Positions 19,462 to 28,745 of a DNA stretch of 64,000 nt are shown here, piece by piece. The stretch is taken from the NCBI GenBank assembly GCA_024275015.1, contig JAJRZW010000016.1, forward strand, positions 76,275 through 140,274, given 5' to 3'. The stretch is from Deltaproteobacteria bacterium (GTDB taxonomy: Bacteria > Desulfobacterota > Desulfobulbia > Desulfobulbales > JAJRZW01). Made by a program: the position numbers and the translations under genes. The stretch's first letter is position 1, and each line of letters starts with the position of its first letter. The notes beneath the pieces were generated by a model. The model was not told the origin of the DNA. It saw only the letters and a list, made by a program, of their open reading frames with translations, and did not search any database.

Positions 19462-20221
19462 AAAACTTATAAAAAACCTTTTCCAGAAAAAGCCCCCGGG
19501 CCGGAGCGGTAGGACCGGCCGCAGCCCGATCTTTCGCGGCCATTACCGCGGCGAATTCCTCCGCGCTCATTCGGCCCCGGCCTGCCTCAATCAGGGTTCC
19601 GACGATATTTCGCACCATATGGCGAAGAAAACCGTCACCAGACACCCTGATTATAACGCCATCATCACCGGAAGGCGCAAGCCCGGCGGTAAAAATAGTC
19701 CTCACCGCACCCCGGCCTTCCGCCCGGGGATCACGGGAACCGCTGGCCTCAAAACTGCTGAAATCGTGGCGACCCACCAGCCGCGCCATACAAGTCTGCA
19801 TCGCCTCAATATCCGGTTTTACCGACATTTGCCAGCAGTAGAGGCGCTCGGTCGGCAAAGCCGGAAAGGCAAAACTCAAACGATAAGCATAGACCTTGCC
19901 AACCGCGCTCTTGCGCGGATGAAAATCCGCCCCGGCATCGATCGCCCTGATCACCACAATATCATCCGGGAGGATACTGTTAAGCCCCCGGAGAATACCA
20001 TCCGCCGGGATATTGCCTTCGGTAAAGAAAGCGGCGGTCATCGCCAGAGCGTGGACCCCTGCGTCGGTTCGTCCCGCCCCGTGAACCGAAGAATTCTCTC
20101 CGGTCAGACGGATAACCGCGGCCTCAAGCTCGCCCTGGATCGTCCGCTGTTCCTTCTGTCTCTGCCAACCGCAATAAGCGGTACCGTCAAATGCGACCTC
20201 AAGGGCGATATTGCGTTTCAT
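19460..20221 (-). CDS. truA: tRNA pseudouridine(38-40) synthase
   Basis: YCGWQRQ, GRTDAGVHA, FLRHMVRNIVG. Confidence 0.97.
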   Translation of the reverse strand: MKRNIALEVAFDGTAYCGWQRQKEQRTIQGELEAAVIRLTGENSSVHGAGRTDAGVHALAMTAAFFTEGNIPADGILRGLNSILPDDIVVIRAIDAGADFHPRKSAVGKVYAYRLSFAFPALPTERLYCWQMSVKPDIEAMQTCMARLVGRHDFSSFEASGSRDPRAEGRGAVRTIFTAGLAPSGDDGVIIRVSGDGFLRHMVRNIVGTLIEAGRGRMSAEEFAAVMAAKDRAAAGPTAPARGLFLEKVFYKF

Positions 20222-20242
20222 ATCCTCACAGACGGTAAGACT

Positions 20243-21280
20243 TCAAGGAAACAAAGGCCGGGTAAGAAGACCGGTATCCTCGCCAAAGCCGGCCATCAGG
20301 TTCATATTCTGCACCGCCTGACCGGCAGCGCCCTTTACCAGATTATCGATGGCGGCAACCACGATAATCCGCCCGGTACGCGGATCGACCCGGAATCCGA
20401 TGTCACAGAAATTACTGCCCCGGACGTACTGGGTTGCCGGCAACGCATCTCCCCCGCAAAGGCGGACAAAGGCCTCATTCCCATAGCGTTCCCCATAGAT
20501 GGCGGCGATCTCCACCGTTGAGCAGCCGCGAACGAGGGAGGCGTAAACAGTACTCAGGATTCCCCGCGACATGGGGACCAGATGGGGGGTGAAATTGATG
20601 ATCATCTCCACCCCGGCCACCAGAGACAATTCCTGCTCGATCTCGGGAGTATGGCGGTGATCCCCAACCTTATAGGCCCGAAATCCATCCGTAACCTCAC
20701 AGAACTGGGTGGCACTTCCGGCGCCGCGGCCGGCGCCGGAAGTGCCGGATTTAGAGTCGGCAATCACCGTCGCCGGATCAATCACCCCGGCGGCAAGCAG
20801 CGGCGCCATGGCAAGGATGATACTGGTTGGATAACAACCGGGGTTGGCAACCAGACGGGCGGAGATAATCCTGTCCCGGTGCAGCTCCGGCAAGCCGTAA
20901 ACCGCCTCGGCCAAAAGTTCCGGAGCCGTGTGGGGGACATACCATTGTTCATAAATCGCACGAGAATGAATCCTGAAATCAGCGCTCAGGTCCACCACCC
21001 GGCAACCGTTGGCAAGCAGTTCCGGAATCACCGCCATCGCCGTTGCATGGGGAACGGCGGTAAAGACGAAGTCAGCCCCGGCAGCAATCCCGACCGGATC
21101 GACATCTTCAAAAACCAGCGAGACCAGGTCCGTAAGATGCGGAAACAGATCTGCCACCGGCCGGCCCTTACGAGCCCGTGAGGTCATGGTCACCAGATTC
21201 ACTTCCGGATGCAGGCTCAATATCCGCGCAAGCTCAGCGCCGGCATACCCAGAGCCCCCGACTATCGCGACATTTATCAT
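20243..21280 (-). CDS. argC: N-acetyl-gamma-glutamyl-phosphate reductase
   Basis: GGSGYAG, ANPGCYPT, DNLVKGAAGQAVQN. Confidence 0.97.
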   Translation of the reverse strand: MINVAIVGGSGYAGAELARILSLHPEVNLVTMTSRARKGRPVADLFPHLTDLVSLVFEDVDPVGIAAGADFVFTAVPHATAMAVIPELLANGCRVVDLSADFRIHSRAIYEQWYVPHTAPELLAEAVYGLPELHRDRIISARLVANPGCYPTSIILAMAPLLAAGVIDPATVIADSKSGTSGAGRGAGSATQFCEVTDGFRAYKVGDHRHTPEIEQELSLVAGVEMIINFTPHLVPMSRGILSTVYASLVRGCSTVEIAAIYGERYGNEAFVRLCGGDALPATQYVRGSNFCDIGFRVDPRTGRIIVVAAIDNLVKGAAGQAVQNMNLMAGFGEDTGLLTRPLFP

Positions 21281-21300
21281 TTTTCTCAAACCTCTATGAC

Positions 21301-21372
21301 GGCGGCGTCCCCGAACTCCTTAACAGAGTGCGATTTTTTTTGCATCAGCAGTCCGTTTTTCAACGGACTGCC
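21301..21372. repeat. repeat junction plus A terminal hairpin
   Basis: GGCGGCGTCCC...CTTAACAGAGTGCGATT.TTTTTGCAT also at 43958-44003. Confidence 0.65.
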
Positions 21373-21385
21373 AAGGCCGTGCCAT

Positions 21386-21421
21386 AAAAAAATCGGGAAG
21401 ACAGAAACCTGTCTTCCCGAT
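21386..21421 (-). terminator. rho-independent terminator after rplM-rpsI
   Basis: ATCGGGAAGACAG/CTGTCTTCCCGAT stem with T-run on the minus strand. Confidence 0.8.
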
Positions 21422-21525
21422 CAATAAATTCAGCCACAGGATCACCGGGGGGCAAAGTAAAAAAACCAAAAACACCGACGCCGCCTCGTATGGAGACATC
21501 TCCTCGACCCTGAGAAAAATAAAGA

Positions 21526-21924
21526 TTAACGTTTGGAGAACTGAAAACGGGCGCGGGCCCCCTTCTGACCGTACTTTTTCCGTTCCTTGGCCCGGGGATC
21601 ACGGGTCAGCAATCCCGCTTTCTTCAGGCTCAAACGAAACTCAGGGTCAACCCCCAAAAGAGCCTTGGAAATACCGTGGCGCAGGGCCTCGGCCTGGGCT
21701 GATTTTCCCCCGCCCTTGACGGTGGCGAGGACGTCGTATTTACCAACGGTCTCGGTAATCGTCATCGGACGCTCGACCTTCTGACGATAATCATCGCCAC
21801 CGCCGAAATAATCCTCAACGGAAAAAGTCCGGTTGACTTTGATGTCACCCTTCCCCGGGGTCAGCCATACCCTGGCAACCGCGGTTTTTCTCTTGCCGGT
21901 GGCGTAAAATCTTTCCACAGCCAT
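21526..21924 (-). CDS. rpsI: 30S ribosomal protein S9
   Basis: [29 protein letters not shown]. Confidence 0.98.
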   Translation of the reverse strand: MAVERFYATGKRKTAVARVWLTPGKGDIKVNRTFSVEDYFGGGDDYRQKVERPMTITETVGKYDVLATVKGGGKSAQAEALRHGISKALLGVDPEFRLSLKKAGLLTRDPRAKERKKYGQKGARARFQFSKR

Positions 21925-21957
21925 GTTCCTGAACTCCTGCTTCTGTTTAGCGGTTAA

Positions 21958-22386
21958 TTAAAGATCGAGAGCTTCCGGCTGCTGGGCTTCGTGGGGATGC
22001 TCACTGCCGGCATATACCTTGAGTTTCCTGAGTTGGGCCCGGCCGAGGGTGTTCTTGGGGAGCATGCCCCGCACCGCCTTACGCAGAATTTCTTCGGGTT
22101 TCCTCTCCAGCATCTCCTTAGCGGTCATCTGCTTGAGCCCGCCCATATAACCGGAATGATGATAGTAAATCTTGTCGTCCCATTTCTTGCCGGTCAGTTT
22201 GACCTGATCGGCATTTACCACCACCACGAAATCACCGGTATCCATAAAGGTGGAATAATTGGGTTTATGTTTCCCCCGAAGACGCAAGGCGACCTCAGTG
22301 GCGATACGCCCGAGTATTTTGTCAGAGGCGTCAACCACATACCATTTTCGCTCAATCTCCTTTACCGGAGTAAGATACGTTTTCAT
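21958..22386 (-). CDS. rplM: 50S ribosomal protein L13
   Basis: [24 protein letters not shown]; start MKTY. Confidence 0.98.
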   Translation of the reverse strand: MKTYLTPVKEIERKWYVVDASDKILGRIATEVALRLRGKHKPNYSTFMDTGDFVVVVNADQVKLTGKKWDDKIYYHHSGYMGGLKQMTAKEMLERKPEEILRKAVRGMLPKNTLGRAQLRKLKVYAGSEHPHEAQQPEALDL

Positions 22387-22479
22387 TGCCTTGATCCTGA
22401 AATTGCAATTATCGCCCCACAACCGGAGCGGAAAAACAAAAAAAGGCACGAAACAAGTCGAACCTTTTCGATAATTTTC

Positions 22480-22554
<75 letters not shown>

Positions 22555-22626
22555 ACAAGCACTTCAAAAAAACGAGAGTCATTTATACACCATCGCCTCA
22601 CCATGTCAACAGAAAAAGCGAACTTA

Positions 22627-22661
22627 ACAGAGTGTTGAAAAAGCCGCCCTGGCTTTTTCAA
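22627..22661. repeat. MITE A terminal fragment
   Basis: TTAA-CAGAGTGTTGAAAAAGCCGCCCTGGCTTTTTCAA. Confidence 0.7.
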
Positions 22662-22767
22662 CCACCGCACATGATAAACACATAAAGCAGGTTGCCTATC
22701 TCCCCCTGATCCTGTTATAGAAAATTAGATTACTAAAATATCCTTATAATAAACAGGAGCGCCACGG

Positions 22768-23367
22768 ATGAAAAGCCAGAGCCGGTATGGCTAAATAAAC
22801 CGCAGTACCAGGGAAACCGAAATCAGCCTTGCCGTAAACCTTGACGGCAATGGTGAAAACGCCATCGACACCGGGGTTCCCTTCCTCGACCACATGCTGA
22901 CCCTGTTCGCGGTCCACGGCTTCTTTAACCTCAAGATCAAGGCCCGGGGCGACACCGAGGTAGACGACCATCATACGGTTGAGGACATTGGTATCTGTCT
23001 GGGCCAGGCGGTAAAAAAGGCCCTGGGTGATTACCGGGGGATCAGCCGCTACGGTTTCTGCTCCCTGCCCATGGACGAAAGCCTGGTCCGCTCAAGCCTC
23101 GATCTTTCCGGCCGCCCGTATCTGAACTTTGCCGTCCACCTCCCCGACGCCAAGGTCGGCACCTTTGACACCTCGCTGGGACAGGAATTCCTCCGCGCCT
23201 TCTCGCTGCATGCCGGAATGACCCTGCACGTGGAGATGGTCTGCGGCGAAAACTCCCACCACATTCTGGAGGCGGTGTTCAAGTCATTGGGACGGGCCCT
23301 GGACCAGGCGGTCACCGTGGATCCCAAAGTCAAGGGGGTGCCGTCATCCAAGGGAACAATTGTATAG
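22768..23367 (+). pseudogene. hisB: imidazoleglycerol-phosphate dehydratase with in-frame TAA at codon 9 (pseudogene or sequence error)
   Basis: RBS AGGAG, ATG 22768, MKSQSRYG*INRSTRETEI...FLDHML...DDHHTVED...NSHHILE..FK..PSSKG. Confidence 0.85.
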
Positions 23368-23472
23368 CCGTGGCCCTTGCAAAACCGACTTTTCGACCCA
23401 TGGCGACGTCAGGATCGAAGCAAGAAAAAACGATAGACTCCAGCCATGAACCATATAAGCCCATAACCTCCG

Positions 23473-24207
23473 TTGGACATCAAAAAATCAATCAACCGTA
23501 AAATCGGCCGGGCCATGGCCGATTATTCGATGCTCGACAACGGCGACCGGGTTCTGGTGGCGGTAAGCGGCGGGGTTGACTCCCTGTTTACCGCCTGTCT
23601 GCTCAAATTCTGGCGGGCCAGGACCCCGATCGATTATCAATTAATCAACGTCCATATCGACCTCGGCTATAAAGAGGGAGCAAACGCGGCGGTAAACCGG
23701 GAATGCTCCCGGCTCGGACTTGAACTCAGGGTGGAGAAAAGCCAGTACGGCCCCGAAGCCCTCACGGCCGAGGGAGGGAAAAACATCTGCTTTCACTGCG
23801 CCCGCAAGCGGAGGAACCGCCTCTTCTCCATTGCCGGCGATCTCGGCTGCAATAAAATTGCCTTCGGCCACCATAAAGACGACCTGATCGAGACCTTTTT
23901 CCTGAATCTCCTTTACAGCGGTAACCTCAGCACCATGGTTCCGAACCAGGCCCTGTTCTCCGGTAGCCTGCACCTGATCCGCCCCCTGGCCTATCTCGAC
24001 AAAGCTGAAATCATCAACAGCGCGGCGGCAAACGACATCCGCCCGGTGAAAGACCCCTGTCCCCACGGCGACGACTCGCGACGGACCGCGACCCGGAAAA
24101 TCTTAAAAGATCTCGACCTGAGCGTACCCGGCTGCCGGGCCAGCATCTTCGCCGCCCTTGCCAATCCCAGACAGGGCTATCTCCTGAGGCCGGGAACAAA
24201 ACCATGA
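23473..24207 (+). CDS. ttcA: tRNA 2-thiocytidine biosynthesis protein TtcA family
   Basis: PP-loop SGGVDS, CFHCAR, GHHKDD, IRPL, CP. Confidence 0.85.
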   Translation: MDIKKSINRKIGRAMADYSMLDNGDRVLVAVSGGVDSLFTACLLKFWRARTPIDYQLINVHIDLGYKEGANAAVNRECSRLGLELRVEKSQYGPEALTAEGGKNICFHCARKRRNRLFSIAGDLGCNKIAFGHHKDDLIETFFLNLLYSGNLSTMVPNQALFSGSLHLIRPLAYLDKAEIINSAAANDIRPVKDPCPHGDDSRRTATRKILKDLDLSVPGCRASIFAALANPRQGYLLRPGTKP

Positions 24208-24290
24208 TGCCCGCCCGGCCCGAATGTCTCCCGTGTTTTTTAAACCAGGCCCTGATCCGCGGCGCGGACATCAGCCGCCGACCGACATAC
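24204..24290 (+). pseudogene. possible N-terminal remnant of a DUF89/ARMT1-like phosphatase
   Basis: MMPARPECLPCFLNQAL resembles the DUF89 ECxPCxLxQA start; ATGA-coupled to ttcA. Confidence 0.45.
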
Positions 24291-24311
24291 GAAATAAATC
24301 CGCCGGAACAA

Positions 24312-25283
24312 TCAGCCCAGCAGCCGGGCCATGTCCTTGGCAAAATAGGTGAGAATAATGTCAGCGCCGGCACGGCGGATGGAAAGCAGGGTCTCGGCCA
24401 TCACCCGGTCACCGTCGATCCAGCCGCGCTCAGCCGCGGCCTTGACCATCGCGTACTCACCACTAACGTGGTAGGCGGCGACGGGAAGATCAAACTCGTC
24501 CCGAAGCCGGCTGATGATATCAAGATAGGCCACCGCCGGCTTGACCATGAGGATATCGGCGCCCTCCTCCACGTCGAGGGTGGCCTCGCGCATGGCCTCG
24601 CGGCTATTGGCCGGGTCCATCTGGTAACCACGGCGGTCACCCTCCTGGGGGGCGCACTCGGCCGCGTCGCGGAAGGGACCATAAAAGGCGGAGGCGTACT
24701 TAACCGCGTATGACATTATCGGAATATCAGTGAAATTATTCTCATCAAGGGCAGCGCGAATCTCGCCAACCCGACCGTCCATCATGTCACTTGGCGCGAC
24801 CATATCGGCCCCGGCCTTCGCGTGGGACAGGGCGGTCTCGGCCAAAACCTCGAGGGTGGAATCATTATCGACCATACCATCGAGAATGATTCCGCAATGA
24901 CCGTGGTCGGTGTACTCGCACAGGCAGACGTCGGTTGAGACCATCATCTCCGGGACCCTGTTCTTGATCTCCTTTATCGCCCGCTGAATAATCCCGTTTT
25001 TTGCGTGGGCCCCGGAACCCATGGGGTCCTTTTTCTCCGGCAGCCCGAAAAGGATCACATGGTTCACCCCGAGGCCAAGACAGTCCTTTACTTCGGCACC
25101 CAACTGGTCAACCGACATCCGGAATACCCCGGGCATGGAAGGCACCTCCTCGCGCACACCCTTGCCGGGCATGACAAAGAGGGGATAAATAAGGTTGGCG
25201 GCGGAGATGGAGGTCTCACGGATCAGGGACCGCATGGCCTCGTTTCGCCGCAGACGGCGGGGACGATAATCGGGAAATAACAT
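24312..25283 (-). CDS. hemB: porphobilinogen synthase
   Basis: [30 protein letters not shown]. Confidence 0.98.
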   Translation of the reverse strand: MLFPDYRPRRLRRNEAMRSLIRETSISAANLIYPLFVMPGKGVREEVPSMPGVFRMSVDQLGAEVKDCLGLGVNHVILFGLPEKKDPMGSGAHAKNGIIQRAIKEIKNRVPEMMVSTDVCLCEYTDHGHCGIILDGMVDNDSTLEVLAETALSHAKAGADMVAPSDMMDGRVGEIRAALDENNFTDIPIMSYAVKYASAFYGPFRDAAECAPQEGDRRGYQMDPANSREAMREATLDVEEGADILMVKPAVAYLDIISRLRDEFDLPVAAYHVSGEYAMVKAAAERGWIDGDRVMAETLLSIRRAGADIILTYFAKDMARLLG

Positions 25284-25451
25284 TTTACGCTCCTGTTCCA
25301 GGGTTCACGGTTCAACTATTGTAAAGGAATAGCGGCTGTGGATTTAAGGTTCGGAGGGCAGCGGGTCAACGCTACAAAATAAACCGGCGCGGGCCGCAGG
25401 AAACCGTAGGCCCGCCCCATGCAATTACCTCCTTTTGCACCTCTGCCTTTT

Positions 25452-27239
25452 TTACTTTCGCCTTCCCGGCGCGTCCGGAATCGCGCTGTGACTAAAACTC
25501 TTCCGCACCAGATCATTAATGAAAGCGGCAGGGTCTTCCACCGCCCGATGATCAAGAACAAGGCGATGCATCTGTTTCTTGCGGGTCAGAAGACTTATTC
25601 CATGGCCCATGTCAGCGGCCATGGAATAGCATATTTCAACGGCACGGTCATTCCTGAACCCGGCCTTGACCATAATCGCGTCAATGGCCGCGTCGCTGAG
25701 TTCGACCTTGATATCATCAGGGAAAGACACAGACACGCACTCTTTGACCTCTTTTACCAGAGCGACGATCTTATCACAAACATAACGGGGGTCGTAATTT
25801 TTTTCCTGGCATCGACGGGCCACCAGCCGCAGTCTCTCCCTGCCGGCAGCGATACCCAAACCGGCAAAATAATCGCCAAAACGACTGGAGATAAATTCAA
25901 ACAGGCTCTCAATCTCAATCCCGGCCAGTTCCCAATAGCGCTCCGCCTGGGCCGCGGCAAAATCGGGGTCGGTAAAGAAACGCTCCAGCACCTTTGCCGG
26001 GGCGCGAACCAGATCTTCAGAAACGACAAGGGCGGTAAAACCAGAGGAGGGTAGCCGGCGTTCAAAGGGGAGAAGAATACGTTCGAGGATACTCACCAGC
26101 CCTCTGGCCCCGGTGCGTTCTTCCCTGGCCACGGCCGCGATCCGGATCAGGGCCTCATCTTCAAAGGCAATCCTGATGCCGTAAGCGAGAAAATCCTGTT
26201 TCTTCGCCACCACCACCGCACTGGTAGGACTGCGGAGGATCTGATACAGATCATCCGCGCCAAGATCATCAAGAACCGCCACCACCGGCAGCCGGCCGAC
26301 AAACTCGGTTTCAAAACCAAATTCTATCAGATCCTCAGCCCTGACTCCGGCGAGGACGCCGCTGTCGGGACGACGGGGCCGGACCGGACTCTCAAAGCCC
26401 ATGGCCGAAGGATTGACCCGACGGGAAATAATTTCCTCAAGACCACTGAAGGCACCGCTGACGATAAAGAGGATATTACGGGTATTCACCGTCTGGCGTT
26501 TGCGCTTGCCGTGGGTACGATAATATTCCATCGCCTCAAGCTGGGAAATGGGATCATGAGGGACCTTGAGGTCGACATCGGTCTCCTCCATGGGCTTCAA
26601 CAGGGCCCGCTGTACCCCGGCGCGGCTGACATCATGGCCACGAAGGTCATTGCCGGCGGCAATCTTGTCAATCTCGTCGACATAAACGATACCGTACGAG
26701 GCAAGATCGAGATCACCGTCAGCTTCCCGGGCGAGATCTCGGATCAGATCCTCGACATCACCGCCGACATAACCGGTCTCGCTGAACTTGGTCGCGTCGC
26801 CCTTGACAAAGGGAACCCCGATCCGGGCGGCAATCAACTTGACCAGATAGGTCTTGCCAACCCCGGTGGGACCGATGAGAAGGACATTGCTCTTTATCTG
26901 ACCCGGCCCCCGGGGTTCCTCTTCCTCCTCCCGGGCCTGGCGAACGCGGTTGAAATGGGTGCAGATCTTGGTCGCCAGCACCTCTTTCGCGTGGGCCTGG
27001 CCGACCACGTATTCGTCAAGATAGGCGATCAACTCATCAGGGCGGAGACGGAAATCAATTTTCCTCTTCTCCTCTGCCCCTTCCACCCGGTCATCGTCGT
27101 CAGTGACGGCGGGCCGGGCCTCGGGAAAGACTCCGGCCGAAATAATCTTGACCTGACCGCCGTATTTATCGCTCAGGTATTTACTGATCTCCTTTTCCAG
27201 CTCTTTCTGGTCCGGGACGGTGGTATTATCGTCACTCAT
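25452..27239 (-). CDS. ClpX-like AAA+ ATPase without Zn-binding domain, with long C-terminal extension
   Basis: GPTGVGKT, GYVGGDVE, VDEIDK, GVQRALLK, TGARGL; start MSDD with GGAG RBS. Confidence 0.88.
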   Translation of the reverse strand: MSDDNTTVPDQKELEKEISKYLSDKYGGQVKIISAGVFPEARPAVTDDDDRVEGAEEKRKIDFRLRPDELIAYLDEYVVGQAHAKEVLATKICTHFNRVRQAREEEEEPRGPGQIKSNVLLIGPTGVGKTYLVKLIAARIGVPFVKGDATKFSETGYVGGDVEDLIRDLAREADGDLDLASYGIVYVDEIDKIAAGNDLRGHDVSRAGVQRALLKPMEETDVDLKVPHDPISQLEAMEYYRTHGKRKRQTVNTRNILFIVSGAFSGLEEIISRRVNPSAMGFESPVRPRRPDSGVLAGVRAEDLIEFGFETEFVGRLPVVAVLDDLGADDLYQILRSPTSAVVVAKKQDFLAYGIRIAFEDEALIRIAAVAREERTGARGLVSILERILLPFERRLPSSGFTALVVSEDLVRAPAKVLERFFTDPDFAAAQAERYWELAGIEIESLFEFISSRFGDYFAGLGIAAGRERLRLVARRCQEKNYDPRYVCDKIVALVKEVKECVSVSFPDDIKVELSDAAIDAIMVKAGFRNDRAVEICYSMAADMGHGISLLTRKKQMHRLVLDHRAVEDPAAFINDLVRKSFSHSAIPDAPGRRK

Positions 27240-27356
27240 CTGATACTCCATGTTGCTTTCACACCTCTTTTTTCTGAATCCGTGACGGCTTCGCGCCGCC
27301 TTTTTTACTTCTGCGCCTGATTCAGCGCCGCCCTGCGGCGGCATCCGGTAACAAAT

Positions 27357-28745
27357 TCAGGTTTTGTTTACCGACGGGGCCGGGACCATATCAAAACCTT
27401 TTAATTTACGGTGGAGATGACTACGCTCGACCCCGATCTCCTCGGCGGTCTTGGAAACATTGCCGTCATTGGCCGCAAGCCGGACGCGGAGGTACTCGCG
27501 CTCAAATTCCCGGCGCGCGTCCTTGAAATCCATGATTCCCATGGCCGGAATCGGCGGCATATCCCCCCCGACGTTGTTCATTACCGGCCGCAGAAGCATG
27601 GACACCGTGGCCCGGTCAATCGTATCATCCCGGGTCATGATCACCGCCCGCTCAACAAAATTCTTCAATTCCCGGACATTCCCGGGCCAGGAATGCTGCA
27701 TCATCAATTCAAGGGCGGCATCCTCAAAACAACGGTCGCCGAATCCCTTGCGACCGAGATGAACAAGGAAGGCGTCAACCAACTGCGGCAGATCAACCAG
27801 CCGCTGCCGCAGGGGCGGAACCTCAATCGGGACCACGTTCAAACGGTAAAAAAGATCGGCGCGGAAATTACCCTTCTCGATCTCCTCCTCCAGATTCTTA
27901 TTGGTCGCCGCCAGAACCCGGACGTCGACGCTGATGGTCCGGCTGCCGCCGACCCGTTCAAAATTCTGTTCCTGGAGAATCCGGAGGATCTTGGCCTGGG
28001 TCTTGAGGCTCATATCGCCGATCTCATCCAGGAACAACATCCCGCCGTTGGCAAGATCAAATTTCCCCCGTTTCCTGGCCGCGGCCCCGGTAAAGGCACC
28101 CTTTTCATGGCCGAACAACTCGCTTTCGATCAGCTCCTCGGGTATAGCGGCGCAATTCACCTCGATCATCGGTTTTTCGGCGCAGACTGAGATACGATGG
28201 ATGGACTGGGCCACCACCTCCTTTCCGGTCCCGTGTTCACCACGAATCAGCACCCAGGCCTGGGTCGGGGCTACCATCTCGATCTGTTTCTTCAACTCCC
28301 TGATCACCGGCGCGTCGCCCACCAGCTCCGGTTTTTTCTTTTCCTTGGTCCGAAGGATGACATTTTCCTCCTCAAGACGGGACAGGCGCAAACCATTGTT
28401 GACCGCGACCACGATCTTGTCATAGGACGGAGGCTTTTCGATAAAATCATAGGCCCCCATCCGGGTGGCCTTGACCGCGGTCTCAATGTTACCGTGGCCG
28501 GAAACCATAATCACCGGCAGGCGGGGATAATCGGCCCGAATCCGTTCAAGGGCGGCCATGCCGTCCATCCCCGGCATCCAGATATCAAGGAGGACCAGAT
28601 CAATCTCCTCCTGTTCCAGCACCGCCAGCCCGGCCTCGGCCCCGTCAGCGCACACCGGGGCAAAGCCCTCGTCCGACAGGATCCCGGCCAGGGCCTCGCG
28701 GATACTCATCTCGTCGTCAATCACCAGAATACGTTTCGCCATCAT
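27357..28745 (-). CDS. ntrX: sigma54-dependent response regulator (NtrX)
   Basis: Receiver domain, GAFTGA, WPGNVRELKN, Fis HTH; adjacent to NtrY. Confidence 0.88.
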   Translation of the reverse strand: MMAKRILVIDDEMSIREALAGILSDEGFAPVCADGAEAGLAVLEQEEIDLVLLDIWMPGMDGMAALERIRADYPRLPVIMVSGHGNIETAVKATRMGAYDFIEKPPSYDKIVVAVNNGLRLSRLEEENVILRTKEKKKPELVGDAPVIRELKKQIEMVAPTQAWVLIRGEHGTGKEVVAQSIHRISVCAEKPMIEVNCAAIPEELIESELFGHEKGAFTGAAARKRGKFDLANGGMLFLDEIGDMSLKTQAKILRILQEQNFERVGGSRTISVDVRVLAATNKNLEEEIEKGNFRADLFYRLNVVPIEVPPLRQRLVDLPQLVDAFLVHLGRKGFGDRCFEDAALELMMQHSWPGNVRELKNFVERAVIMTRDDTIDRATVSMLLRPVMNNVGGDMPPIPAMGIMDFKDARREFEREYLRVRLAANDGNVSKTAEEIGVERSHLHRKLKGFDMVPAPSVNKT

